A stretch of DNA of 64,000 nt from a bacterium (GCA_025774845.1 JALGZP010000001.1:25519-89518); one strand, 5' to 3'; shown: positions 54,871 through 64,000, counted from the first letter of the stretch. Translations and numbers: made by a program. Notes: generated by a model not told the origin, from the sequence alone.

Positions 54871-55614
54871 GTGAACAGAGTATACGAGAGCATGCTGAAG
54901 ATGGCTGACGCCAAGGGGGCCGGATACGTGGTCCTTCTCGATCCGGACAAGTACTCTGCTTCGGAGCTGGCCGATCAGGCAGAGATGATAAGCACGTATG
55001 CAGATCTCATCTTTGTCGGCGGAAGTCTGTGCGTGAGACACGATTTCGGGGAAGCCGTCAGAAGTATCAAGGCCGCCTCGAGTGTGCCCGTCGTCATTTT
55101 CCCCGGCGATGCGACCCAGGTGTCCTCACATGCGGACGCACTACTCTTCCTTTCCCTGGTGAGCTCACGGAATCCCGATCTCCTGATAGGCGAACACGTG
55201 AAGGCAGCTCCGGTGATCCACCGTCACGGTCTCGAGGTAATCCCGGTAGCCTATATGCTGGTCGAATCCGGACAGACAACATCGGTCCAGTTCATGAGCC
55301 AGTCCCTTGCGATTCCGAGGGGCAAACCCGAGATAGCGATGGCCCATGCCCTGGCCGGTCAGTATCTGGGAATGAAGCTCGTGTTTCTTGAAGCGGGAAG
55401 CGGTGCGGACCGGCATGTACCTGTCGAGATGGTTCAGGCCGTAAGCGACTATGTCTCCATCCCGGTGATCGTAGGAGGGGGAATAAAGACTCCCGACGAT
55501 GCCAATCGGATTGCCCGGGCCGGTGCGTCCTTCGTTGTAACAGGTGATGTCATAGAGAAGAGCGGTAACGCTGAGACACTTAAAGGATTCACTGCTGCGG
55601 TTCATTCAGCATGA
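54871..55614 (+). CDS. Geranylgeranylglyceryl phosphate synthase (GGGPS) / PcrB-family prenyltransferase (G1P-specific TIM barrel)
   Basis: VVLLDPDK...FVGGSLCV...LSLVSSRNPDLLIGEH...VFLEAGSG...VGGGIKTPDDANRIARAGASFVVTGD aligns with conserved PcrB/GGGPS blocks. GTG start 1 nt after the geranylgeranyl reductase stop. Confidence 0.8.
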   Translation: MNRVYESMLKMADAKGAGYVVLLDPDKYSASELADQAEMISTYADLIFVGGSLCVRHDFGEAVRSIKAASSVPVVIFPGDATQVSSHADALLFLSLVSSRNPDLLIGEHVKAAPVIHRHGLEVIPVAYMLVESGQTTSVQFMSQSLAIPRGKPEIAMAHALAGQYLGMKLVFLEAGSGADRHVPVEMVQAVSDYVSIPVIVGGGIKTPDDANRIARAGASFVVTGDVIEKSGNAETLKGFTAAVHSA

Positions 55615-55627
55615 ACGTGGAAAGGAG

Positions 55628-56701
55628 TTGGTCGATACGAAAGCCCTAATCCTGAGCGGCGGCAAAGGTACCAGATTACGTCCCATAACTCACACGAGTG
55701 CCAAGCAGCTCGTGCCGGTTGCCAACAAACCCATTCTCTTCTACGGGATCGAGGCCATACGTGAGGCAGGCATAACCGACATCGGTATTATCGTCGGGGA
55801 CACTGCAGGCGAGATCAAGACTGCCGTCGGTGATGGCAGCAAGTTCGGGGTGACGACTACCTACATCCAGCAGGAAGCCCCGCTGGGACTTGCTCATGCG
55901 GTGAAGATAGCGCAGGATTTTGTTGGGAAGGACCGTTTCATAGTCTATCTCGGAGATAACCTCATAATCGACGGAATCAAGGACTTTGTTCACAGGTTCG
56001 AGGCCAATTCGCCCGACTGCCAGATACTGCTTGCGCATGTACCGAATCCCGAGAACTTCGGTGTGGCCGAGCTGTCGGGCGACAGGGTCGTGAAGCTTGT
56101 TGAGAAACCCAAACAACCCAAGACCGATCTCGCCCTGGTCGGAGTCTACATGTTCGATGAGAGCGTTTTCGAGGCGACCGATAATATAAAGCCGTCATGG
56201 CGTGATGAGCTTGAGATAACCGACGCCATCCAGTATCTGATCGAGAAAGGTTCCGATGTGCAGTTTCAGATAATAGGCGGTTGGTGGAAAGACACCGGAA
56301 AGCTCGAGGACATGCTTGAGGCGAACCGGATGCTGCTTGAGCGGCTTACGACCAGGATCGACGGCGAGGTCGACGACAAATGCAAGATGGATGGGGTCGT
56401 GATCGTGGAGAAGGGAGCTAAGATCACGAACTGCACGCTCCGGGGACCGCTCGTTATAGGTGAGGGTGCGACGATAACCGATTCATACATTGGTCCGTTT
56501 ACATCGATCAACTACGGCGTCGAGATCCGCGGTAGCGAGATCGAGCACAGCATAGTGCTTGAGAACAGCCGGATCGTCAACGTTGGTGGAAGAATCGAGA
56601 GCAGTCTTGTCGGCAAGAACGTTCTGATCGAGAAACGTGCGAAGCCACCCAGGGCATACAGGTTTATGGTGGGCGACTACGGTCAGATCGAGCTTCAATA
56701 G
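55628..56701 (+). CDS. rfbA: Glucose-1-phosphate thymidylyltransferase (long form with a C-terminal left-handed beta-helix)
   Basis: KALILSGGKGTRLRPITHTSAKQLVPVANKPIL...C-terminal hexapeptide-repeat region. AAAGGAG ribosome-binding site at 55621-27, TTG start. Confidence 0.85.
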   Translation: MVDTKALILSGGKGTRLRPITHTSAKQLVPVANKPILFYGIEAIREAGITDIGIIVGDTAGEIKTAVGDGSKFGVTTTYIQQEAPLGLAHAVKIAQDFVGKDRFIVYLGDNLIIDGIKDFVHRFEANSPDCQILLAHVPNPENFGVAELSGDRVVKLVEKPKQPKTDLALVGVYMFDESVFEATDNIKPSWRDELEITDAIQYLIEKGSDVQFQIIGGWWKDTGKLEDMLEANRMLLERLTTRIDGEVDDKCKMDGVVIVEKGAKITNCTLRGPLVIGEGATITDSYIGPFTSINYGVEIRGSEIEHSIVLENSRIVNVGGRIESSLVGKNVLIEKRAKPPRAYRFMVGDYGQIELQ

Positions 56702-56710
56702 GGAGGTTTG

Positions 56711-57577
56711 ATGCTGAGAATACTCGTCACCGGCGCCAGGGGCATGCTTGGGTCCGACATGTGCGAAGTGCTTGGATCCGACTACGAAGTCACACCATAC
56801 GACATTGAGGACTTCGACATTGTCGATCTGGAGCCCACACAAAAAGCAGTACGAGAGGTGTCCCCGCAGGTGATAATCCACCTCGCAGCTTTTACGGATG
56901 TGGAAGCGTGCGAAGACGAACTTGAAAGAGCTCTGGGTGTCAATTCCGTGGGTGCGATGAACATTGCGATGGCCGCGTCCGAGGCCGAAGCCTATCTTGT
57001 CTACCTCAGCACCGACTACGTGTTCGACGGCGCAAAGGGTGAGCCCTACATCGAGACCGATGTGCCCAGTCCCATCAATCATTACGGTCTTTCAAAGCTT
57101 CGGGGTGAGCGCCACGTCCAGGAGCTTGTCAGCAAACACCTCATCATAAGAACCTCGTGGCTTTTCGGTCCCAACGGCAAGAATTTCATCGATACCATAG
57201 TTGCACGAGCGTCCGGTGGTGCCGTGCTCAAGGTCGTAAATGATCAACGCGGCTCGCCCACCTATTCACTGGATCTGGCGCGGGGCATACGGCAGGCATT
57301 CGAGCGCAAGGTCGAGGGTGTGCTCCACATGACGAATACGGGTGTTGCCACGTGGTTTGACGTGGCGTCTTATGCCATCGGGCTCGCAGGTATCGAGACG
57401 GATATAACTGCCATACCCGGTTCGGAGTATCCGACCAGGGCGAAACGACCGCCATACTCGGTGCTCGGAAGCGCCGTGGCTGAGGCGGCCGGCATTGACG
57501 CTCTGCCTCATTGGCGGGAGGGTGTTAAGCATCATCTCCGGAGAAAGAACCTGCTTAAGGAAGGGGCGGCCAGGTGA
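56711..57577 (+). CDS. rfbD: dTDP-4-dehydrorhamnose reductase
   Basis: ILVTGARGMLG...YLSTDYVFDG...YGLSKLRGE. Confidence 0.85.
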   Translation: MLRILVTGARGMLGSDMCEVLGSDYEVTPYDIEDFDIVDLEPTQKAVREVSPQVIIHLAAFTDVEACEDELERALGVNSVGAMNIAMAASEAEAYLVYLSTDYVFDGAKGEPYIETDVPSPINHYGLSKLRGERHVQELVSKHLIIRTSWLFGPNGKNFIDTIVARASGGAVLKVVNDQRGSPTYSLDLARGIRQAFERKVEGVLHMTNTGVATWFDVASYAIGLAGIETDITAIPGSEYPTRAKRPPYSVLGSAVAEAAGIDALPHWREGVKHHLRRKNLLKEGAAR

Positions 57578-58149
57578 CAGACAGAGACTGGATCAGTGAT
57601 TCACTGAAAGCTGCAAGTGAGGTCTTCGCCGAAACCGCGGGGTCATGCCGGGATGAGATTGCGGCGGCGAGTGCCGCTGCGGCTGATTGCATAAAGGCCG
57701 GGGGGAAGCTCATGCTCTGCGGCAACGGGGGGAGCGCGGCCGATGCCCAGCACATCGCTGCTGAGATGACGGTCAAGATGAAGCGGGTGAGATCGCCGCT
57801 GGCGGCAATTGCTCTAACCACCAACACATCCCTTCTTACGGCGCAGGCGAATGATCTTGGCTTCGATACAGTCTTTTCTCGGCAGATTGAATCTCTCGGC
57901 CGTGAAGGCGACGTGCTTATCGCCATCAGCACAAGCGGGAACTCACCAAACATCCTGCGGGGGGCTCAAACAGCTAGAGGTATGGGAATCAAGGTTGTTG
58001 GTCTTACCGGCCGTGACGGAGGCAAACTGGCTCCTATGTCCGATATCGCAATCTCAGTTCCTTCAGACGACGTCCCCCGGATACAGGAGGCCCACATCGC
58101 AATCGGCCACCTCATCTGCGAATTCACCGAATCCCAGTGTGCCCGGTAG
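57574..58149 (+). CDS. gmhA: Phosphoheptose (sedoheptulose-7-phosphate) isomerase, SIS domain
   Basis: KLMLCGNGGSAADAQHIAAEM...VLIAISTSGNSPNIL. GTG start. Confidence 0.85.
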   Translation: MTDRDWISDSLKAASEVFAETAGSCRDEIAAASAAAADCIKAGGKLMLCGNGGSAADAQHIAAEMTVKMKRVRSPLAAIALTTNTSLLTAQANDLGFDTVFSRQIESLGREGDVLIAISTSGNSPNILRGAQTARGMGIKVVGLTGRDGGKLAPMSDIAISVPSDDVPRIQEAHIAIGHLICEFTESQCAR

Positions 58150-58217
58150 CGTTGGGACTCAGCTGACCCATGTCACTCCGTAACCCGCTCCTCGGCACCG
58201 AATGGGGCGACTACTTC

Positions 58218-59417
58218 ATGACCGCAGGTTCGAGGGTGGGCGTCCTCGTCTTCAGCTTCGCCGCCAATGTCATCATAACGCGCACCATCGGCGCCGAAGG
58301 TAGAGGGCTCTATGCTCTCGTCAATAACTCGATCCTCCTTGCAGCACTGCTGGCCAGTATCGGTGCTGCTGAGGCCGTGGCTTATTTTGTTGCGAGGGAA
58401 GAGGGTTCCAGACGGAAGACTGTCGGAAACGGACTCGTGATCGTCGCCGTGGGGACAGTAGTGGTCGTCACGGCCGGTGCTGCTTTACGTACCAGGCTCC
58501 CCGGATTGCTCGGCGGTATCTCACCCTCTACACTTGCCCTTATTCTCGCGTGTGTTCTGCCCGCGGGGCTTGCACGCGTCTTTAGAGCTACGCTACAGGG
58601 TCTTAAGGACTTCACCTCCTATAACGTGTGTATCGTCGCCCGACCCGTCACGACACTTGTATACAGTTGTGTCTTTCTGCTCCTGCTCAACAGGGGTATG
58701 GCTGTGGTACCCTACATGCTCCTCCTTGTGACGCTGACTGAGTGCGTGATCAACGGGGGACTCGCCCTCAGACACATACATCCTGATGTCATAGCCTCCA
58801 CCGAGCGGATCCGTAAACTCATGTCATACGGACTCAGGGCGAACGTGACCATGTTGCTTAACTTCGTTCATCTGAGAATCGGTATCTTCCTGCTCGGCTA
58901 TCTCATGACCAAGGAAGCCGTCGGCATCTATAGCGTCTCTGCCGCACTTGCTGAAATCCAGATGTACATACCTCTGGCCGTGGGATGGGTGTGGATGCCG
59001 AGGGTTGCCACACGCTCGCTTGACCGTTCGGTCAGCGGTACAAAGAAGCTCATGCTGCGGGTGCTGCCCGTGCTGCTTCTCATATCGGCGTTGCTTGTGA
59101 TCCTCGGACCGCGCTTCATCCCTGCTGTCTTCGGTCCTGAATTCACGGCTTCCTACATGCCGATGCTTCTGCTCCTTCCGGGTGGAGTTCTTCTCGGTAT
59201 GGTGCTCATCATATCGGGTTTCTTCGACGGACGGGGAAAGCCGCATCTCTCGGCGATCTTAAGCCTCTGCGCCGTCGTTGTTATAGTCGTCAGCGATATC
59301 TTCCTGATACCTGTGTTGGGCATCCGGGGAGCAGCCCTTGGGTCGAGCCTGGGGTACCTGTGTGCGTTTGTGGTAGCGGTGGCGCTCTTCTGGAGAGCAT
59401 CTCACCACCGTGAGTAG
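58218..59417 (+). CDS. Polysaccharide / O-antigen flippase (Wzx/MOP superfamily)
   Basis: About 12 transmembrane helices with a polysaccharide-biosynthesis-protein-like organisation. Confidence 0.65.
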   Translation: MTAGSRVGVLVFSFAANVIITRTIGAEGRGLYALVNNSILLAALLASIGAAEAVAYFVAREEGSRRKTVGNGLVIVAVGTVVVVTAGAALRTRLPGLLGGISPSTLALILACVLPAGLARVFRATLQGLKDFTSYNVCIVARPVTTLVYSCVFLLLLNRGMAVVPYMLLLVTLTECVINGGLALRHIHPDVIASTERIRKLMSYGLRANVTMLLNFVHLRIGIFLLGYLMTKEAVGIYSVSAALAEIQMYIPLAVGWVWMPRVATRSLDRSVSGTKKLMLRVLPVLLLISALLVILGPRFIPAVFGPEFTASYMPMLLLLPGGVLLGMVLIISGFFDGRGKPHLSAILSLCAVVVIVVSDIFLIPVLGIRGAALGSSLGYLCAFVVAVALFWRASHHRE

Positions 59418-60517
59418 TCTTCGCCTCGCATGAAATCCCAGAGGGCAAGGAGCGATGCCAGGTTGACGGTGACAAAAAACGTGGAGGCGGCTCCCAGCTT
59501 CCCGGCCCGTCCCGGTTTCGCCGCCGGCCCGGCGAGCAGCATCGCGACACCGACTACCAGGATAAATGCCGCCACAGCGCGGAGCACCCATCCCCCGAGA
59601 ATCATCGCGAGTATGAGTATCACAAGGGAGAGGGTACCGATGAAGCTTCTCGGAACCTTGTCCGAGACTAGATGAAACAGGAGCCCCGGTCTGCTTAAGA
59701 AACGCGCAACGTACCCTCCGGTGAGGAGCGTGATCATCGCGCGGCAGAAAATCCGTCTTCTCGTTGCCAGATTCTGGCGGAAGTCACCCCGCTCTGATAT
59801 TTCATGGACGCTTGCCCGTGGCTCGAAGCCAACCTGGCGACCCTTAAGCAGAATCTCAAGCGGGAGTGCAAGATCGGACAGCACCGAGCTTTCGAGCTCG
59901 ACAAAGTCTTCTCGTCTAACAGCATAACATGCGCCGTGCACACCGATCAGCACGCCGAGCTTGCCCTGCAGGGTTTTGAGTTTTGCCTCCAGCCTGTTAT
60001 AGACAGAATCGGGCGCATCCTCTTGCCCGTACTGCACGTTCGCACCGACGCAGGCATAACCTGTCTCAAGGGACTGGAGGAGTAACTCAACGGTATTATT
60101 GCCGAGGACGGTGTCGGCGTCGCTGAAGACGAGGACATCTCCGGTGGTCTCCTTGACCGCCCGGTTCTGTGCCGCGCTCTTTCCCATTCGCGGCACGTCC
60201 ATGACCGTCAATTGAGGGTGCTTCTCAGCAATGGCCCGTGCGATCTCGACGGTCCCGTCGGTGCAACCGTCACAGACGAGTACGATCTCCTGTTTTGGGC
60301 CTGCGCTCGCCTTGATGGCGTTCTCAAGTTTCCCTTCGACATGTTTCTCTTCGTTGTGCGCACAGATAATGTGGGTCACCCGCTCAACCTGCGGAGACTC
60401 ACCTCTGGACCCGTCCGGTCTCTGCCTGCAGAGGATGTGAAGCACCAGCGGGTAAATCAGATACGGATACACATATATCAGGCAGGTGACAACGAACAGA
60501 ACTGCGACAGTTCTCAT
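59402..60517 (-). CDS. GT2-family glycosyltransferase with N- and C-terminal transmembrane segments (processive/synthase-like)
   Basis: VTHIICAHNEEKHV...LVCDGCTDGT...VFSDADT (DxD region) plus C-terminal hydrophobic helices. The start is chosen at MRTVAV, which precedes the first transmembrane helix. Confidence 0.6.
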   Translation of the reverse strand: MRTVAVLFVVTCLIYVYPYLIYPLVLHILCRQRPDGSRGESPQVERVTHIICAHNEEKHVEGKLENAIKASAGPKQEIVLVCDGCTDGTVEIARAIAEKHPQLTVMDVPRMGKSAAQNRAVKETTGDVLVFSDADTVLGNNTVELLLQSLETGYACVGANVQYGQEDAPDSVYNRLEAKLKTLQGKLGVLIGVHGACYAVRREDFVELESSVLSDLALPLEILLKGRQVGFEPRASVHEISERGDFRQNLATRRRIFCRAMITLLTGGYVARFLSRPGLLFHLVSDKVPRSFIGTLSLVILILAMILGGWVLRAVAAFILVVGVAMLLAGPAAKPGRAGKLGAASTFFVTVNLASLLALWDFMRGEDYSRW

Positions 60518-61314
60518 ATCGTGTCCGGTTCCGGCTCCCGTCGAGGTTGTTTTTCTTCGAACACCAGACTGCAACATGTTACCCCGGCCTCGGCCTTGGC
60601 GAGCTCGGAGAGTTTGATGGGTAACACTCTGATGCCGGCGCACTTCAATCTTGCACGAGTATTAGCGAAGCGTGCCGGGTAGACCACGGTTTCTCCTATG
60701 AGCAATGCACCTGCCGCGCGCGGTTCCGTGGGATCGACATCCATCATATCGACATCCCGGAAGAGCTCCGCCTGAACCCAGTCCCGGTTGACAAGAAGAG
60801 CACGCGGTCCAATCAGGCCTACTGCCGACTTAAGATGGAGACATGCCTCCACGGGCACAGGAGTCACAGTATAGCCGAGGGGCTCAACAAGCGTCGTCAT
60901 CTGTTCCAGGCCTGACTTATTGGTGCGCTGCGAAAGGCCAACATAGATGTCGTTGTCGACGATCAGAACATCGCCGCCGTCCAGCGTACCCGGTGCCACA
61001 ATCCGGGCCAGAGGGCGATACGGGACCAGGGCGTCGGCCACGGTCGAAATCTCAGGCCGGCGGGATTCCGCACCAGGCCGGGTCACAATCGCGAGCTCGT
61101 CAAGCACCACTGCACAATCTTCGACGAAGACCGAATCGGGTAGCCTCGGTTCGGCAAGCAGACTGTGTACCTCGCAGCCGACACCTGCCAGACACTCCTC
61201 GTAATTCTGGTGCTGCGACTCTGCGATCTCGAGGTCGATATGCTCCCGCTTAAGATGCGTCAGCTCACCCTGTCCAATTTTCGGTCCGACCTGTCTTGTG
61301 ATTGCGATTTTCAT
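60514..61314 (-). CDS. Dimethylarginine dimethylaminohydrolase (DDAH) / amidinotransferase-superfamily hydrolase
   Basis: DDAH-like fold, with Cys in GVTCCSLVF near the C-terminus. Confidence 0.7.
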   Translation of the reverse strand: MKIAITRQVGPKIGQGELTHLKREHIDLEIAESQHQNYEECLAGVGCEVHSLLAEPRLPDSVFVEDCAVVLDELAIVTRPGAESRRPEISTVADALVPYRPLARIVAPGTLDGGDVLIVDNDIYVGLSQRTNKSGLEQMTTLVEPLGYTVTPVPVEACLHLKSAVGLIGPRALLVNRDWVQAELFRDVDMMDVDPTEPRAAGALLIGETVVYPARFANTRARLKCAGIRVLPIKLSELAKAEAGVTCCSLVFEEKQPRREPEPDTI

Positions 61315-61913
61315 TCTTGAAGCGGTTCCTCCAGTGTTTCCCTCACCTTTTCAAGCGTCATGGAGTAGCAGATGTCCGCGACCGTCTTCGTGTGTTCAGC
61401 ATCCGGGCTGATCAAAGCGTCTGCCACCATGAGTGTCGTGAATTCGCGTTCCATCGCCCCAAAGTACGTGGCGAGCACACACCCGGTTGCACTCAGCCCA
61501 CACAGAAAAACGACATTCCGATCGTTCTCTCTAAGCATCTCTTCAAGATCGGTCTTAACGAAAGAGCTCGGGTAGTTCTTGATGACTTTCTGATCCACAT
61601 CGGTTATCGCGATCGAATCATCAAACTCGAAGGGTTCGGTACCCGGCTCGGGGCCGCGCTCGGGATCGGTATGATAAACCGCGATAATGGGATATCCCAG
61701 TTCCCGAAACAAGGCGATCGACTCGTTGATCTTCTGTGGGGCAGAGGCTACGTCTTCCTCAGCCATCATCGGCATCCAGATGTTCTGGACATCAATCACC
61801 AGGAGAACCGGCTTGATCTCCTCGCTTTCACTCTCTTCCGCAACACAAGCAAGTGCCCAGATCACTAACAACATAGCCGACACAGCAACAAGCAATACAT
61901 TCCTGACTTTCAT
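61311..61913 (-). CDS. Secreted isochorismatase-family cysteine hydrolase
   Basis: Signal peptide, then PVLLVIDVQNIW...VVFLCGLSATGCV. Confidence 0.7.
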   Translation of the reverse strand: MKVRNVLLVAVSAMLLVIWALACVAEESESEEIKPVLLVIDVQNIWMPMMAEEDVASAPQKINESIALFRELGYPIIAVYHTDPERGPEPGTEPFEFDDSIAITDVDQKVIKNYPSSFVKTDLEEMLRENDRNVVFLCGLSATGCVLATYFGAMEREFTTLMVADALISPDAEHTKTVADICYSMTLEKVRETLEEPLQE

Positions 61914-61930
61914 TCTATCCTCCTTGCAGG

Positions 61931-62566
61931 CTACCTACCCTGATCCGGCGGTCCTAGCCCAGCGGTAGCGGCCAGCCAGTCCGCAATCCTGTCCGCGGCA
62001 GCCCCGACATCGCCGCTCGAGACGTCCAGTTCCATAGACGGGATGCTTGACCCGGTGATGAGTTCCCGCATGAGTTCCTGTTCCTCGATGAACTCCGAGA
62101 TGTCTTTATACTGGCTGGGCTTACCGGAGACTCTGAGCCGCTCGGCAAGCGCGGCTTCGAATGTGTCCCGCTGCCGGACGCAGAATACCAACCGGAAGCC
62201 CAGGGGGACGATCCGCTCCTCCAGCCAGGTGAAGTCGATGTCGCGCATGTGGACTCTCTTCTGGTAGAGGCGCGTCGATAGGTGGAAGCGGTCTACGATC
62301 CACGAGTAATACCTTAAGAGCTCAAACAGGCGAACCCAGGTCCGGTAGGTCTCCAGCGCCAGATCGTCTTCCTCGGGCAGGAAATTGATGAGTCCACGGC
62401 CCCAGGGCGTATCGGTGAACCCGCACCATTCAGCGGAGATGATGGGGGAGTGGTACCTGTACGACCGCCTCCCAACGATTCGAGAGTGCTCGTTGAGTGC
62501 AAATGCGATCTCGGTCTTGAGAGTCAGACGTGTGCCCTCGAGTATGATCTTTGGACAGAGCTTCAT
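61931..62566 (-). CDS. Hypothetical protein with a degenerate P-loop-like N-terminus
   Basis: IILEGTRLTLKTEIAFAL resembles a kinase/NTPase fold but lacks GKS/T. Confidence 0.4.
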   Translation of the reverse strand: MKLCPKIILEGTRLTLKTEIAFALNEHSRIVGRRSYRYHSPIISAEWCGFTDTPWGRGLINFLPEEDDLALETYRTWVRLFELLRYYSWIVDRFHLSTRLYQKRVHMRDIDFTWLEERIVPLGFRLVFCVRQRDTFEAALAERLRVSGKPSQYKDISEFIEEQELMRELITGSSIPSMELDVSSGDVGAAADRIADWLAATAGLGPPDQGR

Positions 62567-62576
62567 AACGGATCAC

Positions 62577-64000
62577 CTACTTAAGATATCTATCAAACCA
62601 ACGCAGCATATGTTTGAGCCGCTCGATGCGGCGATCGGTCCGGCCTCCCCGGGACAGGCCATGGGGCTCGTCGGGAAAACGCACCATCTCGGTATCGACA
62701 CCGAGCCTCTTGAGCGCTACGAACACCTGCTCACCCTGTTCGATCGGGCACCGGAGATCCTGCTCGCTGTGGATTATGAGCGTCGGTGTTTTCACATTTC
62801 CGAAGTACTTCATGGGCGATTGCTTCCAGTAGTCTTCAAAGGCTTCCCAGGGGGTTTTCCCCTTAAACCTGTATTCCAGTGCCCAGTTATAGTCTCCCGA
62901 ACCGTACTTGCTTGTCATGTTGCTTATGGAGCGTTGCGTAACCGCGGCGCGGAACCGGTCGGTATGTCCGATGATCCAGTTGGTCATGAACCCACCGTAG
63001 CTCCCCCCGGTTACACCCATGCGCTTACGGTTGATGTAAGACTTGCCGGCAACGTAATCCGTCCAGGCCATGAGATCTGCGTAATCGGCCGTGCCCCACT
63101 TGCCCCAGATCGCTTTGCAGTGCTTCTCACCGTAGCCCTGGCCGCCACGCGGGTTCGAGAAAAAGACGACATAGCCGCTCGCGGCGAGGTAGTAAAACTC
63201 ATGCATGAAGAGATTCCCGTATTGCACCGCGGGTCCGCCGTGAATCTCAAGGATGGACGGGTACTTGCGTCTGGGATTGAAACCCGGTGGTTTTAATATC
63301 CACCCATGGAGATCGTTGCCATCGGGCCCTTTTACCCAGACCTCTTCGGTGGTGCCGAGATCACAGCCTTTAAGAACAGGCCGGTTGACTTCAGTAAGCC
63401 GCCGGGTCTTGCCCGAGCTGAGGTCTTGTACATAAAGATCGACAGGATGGTGCATATCACCGTAGAGATAGGCAACTTTCGTCCGGGAACTATCCATACT
63501 GAACTGAAGGACAGCGCCCTTTTCATCCACGACATGGTCAAGCTCGCGGGCCTTCCCGTTCACCCCAACTGACAAAAGAACACCGCGTCCGTGACGTCCG
63601 ACGGTGAAACAGACCGTGGCGCTGTCTTCAGACCACGCCGGTGGCCGGCGGGGTGGTTCCACCGTGAGGTCGTTAATCGTGGACCTGATGGCATCGACAT
63701 CGAAGTGTCCGGTGAGATCCCGGGCGTCACTCTTACCGTTTGCGGGAACGACCCAGACCGTGACGTTTCGCCACCACTCACCCTTGCCCCTGGTGCCATA
63801 GTAGGCAATCAGTCTACCGTCGGGTGAGAAGCCGGGTGCGAACTTATCTCCATACGGCGTCTTGATCTTGCGGAAGCGGCCGCCATTTACCGGGATGGTG
63901 AACAGGTCCACGTTATCAAACTCAAGATCGGGATCCTGACTGCGGTTCGAGGCGAAGACTATCCGGCTGCTGTCAGGTGACCATGAGGGGAAAATCTCGT
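62577..64000 (-). CDS. S9-family serine peptidase (prolyl oligopeptidase / acylaminoacyl peptidase type) with an N-terminal beta-propeller; 5'-truncated by the window end
   Basis: GGSYGG catalytic Ser motif and a C-terminal alpha/beta hydrolase domain. The reading frame stays open upstream of 63911 to the window edge (..SPDSSRIVFASNR..). Confidence 0.8.
   Translation of the reverse strand, partial: EIFPSWSPDSSRIVFASNRSQDPDLEFDNVDLFTIPVNGGRFRKIKTPYGDKFAPGFSPDGRLIAYYGTRGKGEWWRNVTVWVVPANGKSDARDLTGHFDVDAIRSTINDLTVEPPRRPPAWSEDSATVCFTVGRHGRGVLLSVGVNGKARELDHVVDEKGAVLQFSMDSSRTKVAYLYGDMHHPVDLYVQDLSSGKTRRLTEVNRPVLKGCDLGTTEEVWVKGPDGNDLHGWILKPPGFNPRRKYPSILEIHGGPAVQYGNLFMHEFYYLAASGYVVFFSNPRGGQGYGEKHCKAIWGKWGTADYADLMAWTDYVAGKSYINRKRMGVTGGSYGGFMTNWIIGHTDRFRAAVTQRSISNMTSKYGSGDYNWALEYRFKGKTPWEAFEDYWKQSPMKYFGNVKTPTLIIHSEQDLRCPIEQGEQVFVALKRLGVDTEMVRFPDEPHGLSRGGRTDRRIERLKHMLRWFDRYLK

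Overview
High-GC (~60%) contig from an apparently uncultivated Gram-negative bacterium. Several signals point to the Fibrobacteres-Chlorobi-Bacteroidetes (FCB) superphylum or a neighbouring candidate phylum: type-IX-secretion (T9SS) C-terminal sorting domains, LVIVD-repeat beta-propeller proteins, and archaeal-type ether-lipid genes. Coding is dense and mostly on the + strand.

Layout by position:
(i) 1.8-10 kb: an island of secreted proteins, several carrying near-identical T9SS-type C-terminal domains (CTDs). It includes an LVIVD-repeat propeller, a pectate-lyase-like beta-helix protein, and a plant-type glutaminyl cyclase fused to a CTD.
(ii) 10.6-19.4 kb: anaerobic metabolism genes. These are an acyl-CoA dehydrogenase, a sodium:solute symporter with a tiny accessory ORF, a polyferredoxin, a tungsten-type aldehyde:ferredoxin oxidoreductase, and a B12-binding radical-SAM protein paired with a DUF4416 protein.
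(iii) 21.2-29.7 kb: pncA-pncB NAD salvage, a GalT-like HIT protein, pcm, an eRF1-fold protein with a C-terminal zinc ribbon, an orphan ABC ATPase, lysC and TPR lipoproteins.
(iv) Five tRNA-Ser/Arg/Ala genes, with tadA sitting next to two of the tRNA-Ser genes. Around the tRNA and SRP RNA genes is a dispersed 24-bp REP-like repeat family (REP = repetitive extragenic palindrome).
(v) 33.2-38.3 kb: a 1706-aa M6-metalloprotease/FG-GAP/CARDB/propeller/CTD giant surface protein.
(vi) 40.9-53.5 kb: a conserved housekeeping block. A Bacillus-type long SRP RNA (ffs) lies directly upstream of dnaX-ybaB-recR. It is followed by porGDAB (four-subunit 2-oxoacid:ferredoxin oxidoreductase), pgpA, cinA, thpR, recA, recX and alaS.
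(vii) 53.5-55.6 kb: a small ferredoxin, a geranylgeranyl reductase and a PcrB/GGGP-synthase homolog. This is an archaeal-type ether-lipid module in a bacterial context and is the most interesting system in the window.
(viii) 55.6-64 kb: rfbA, rfbD, gmhA, a flippase, a GT2 glycosyltransferase, DDAH, a secreted isochorismatase-family protein and an S9 peptidase that runs off the contig end.

No CRISPR arrays, IS elements or phage genes were seen.
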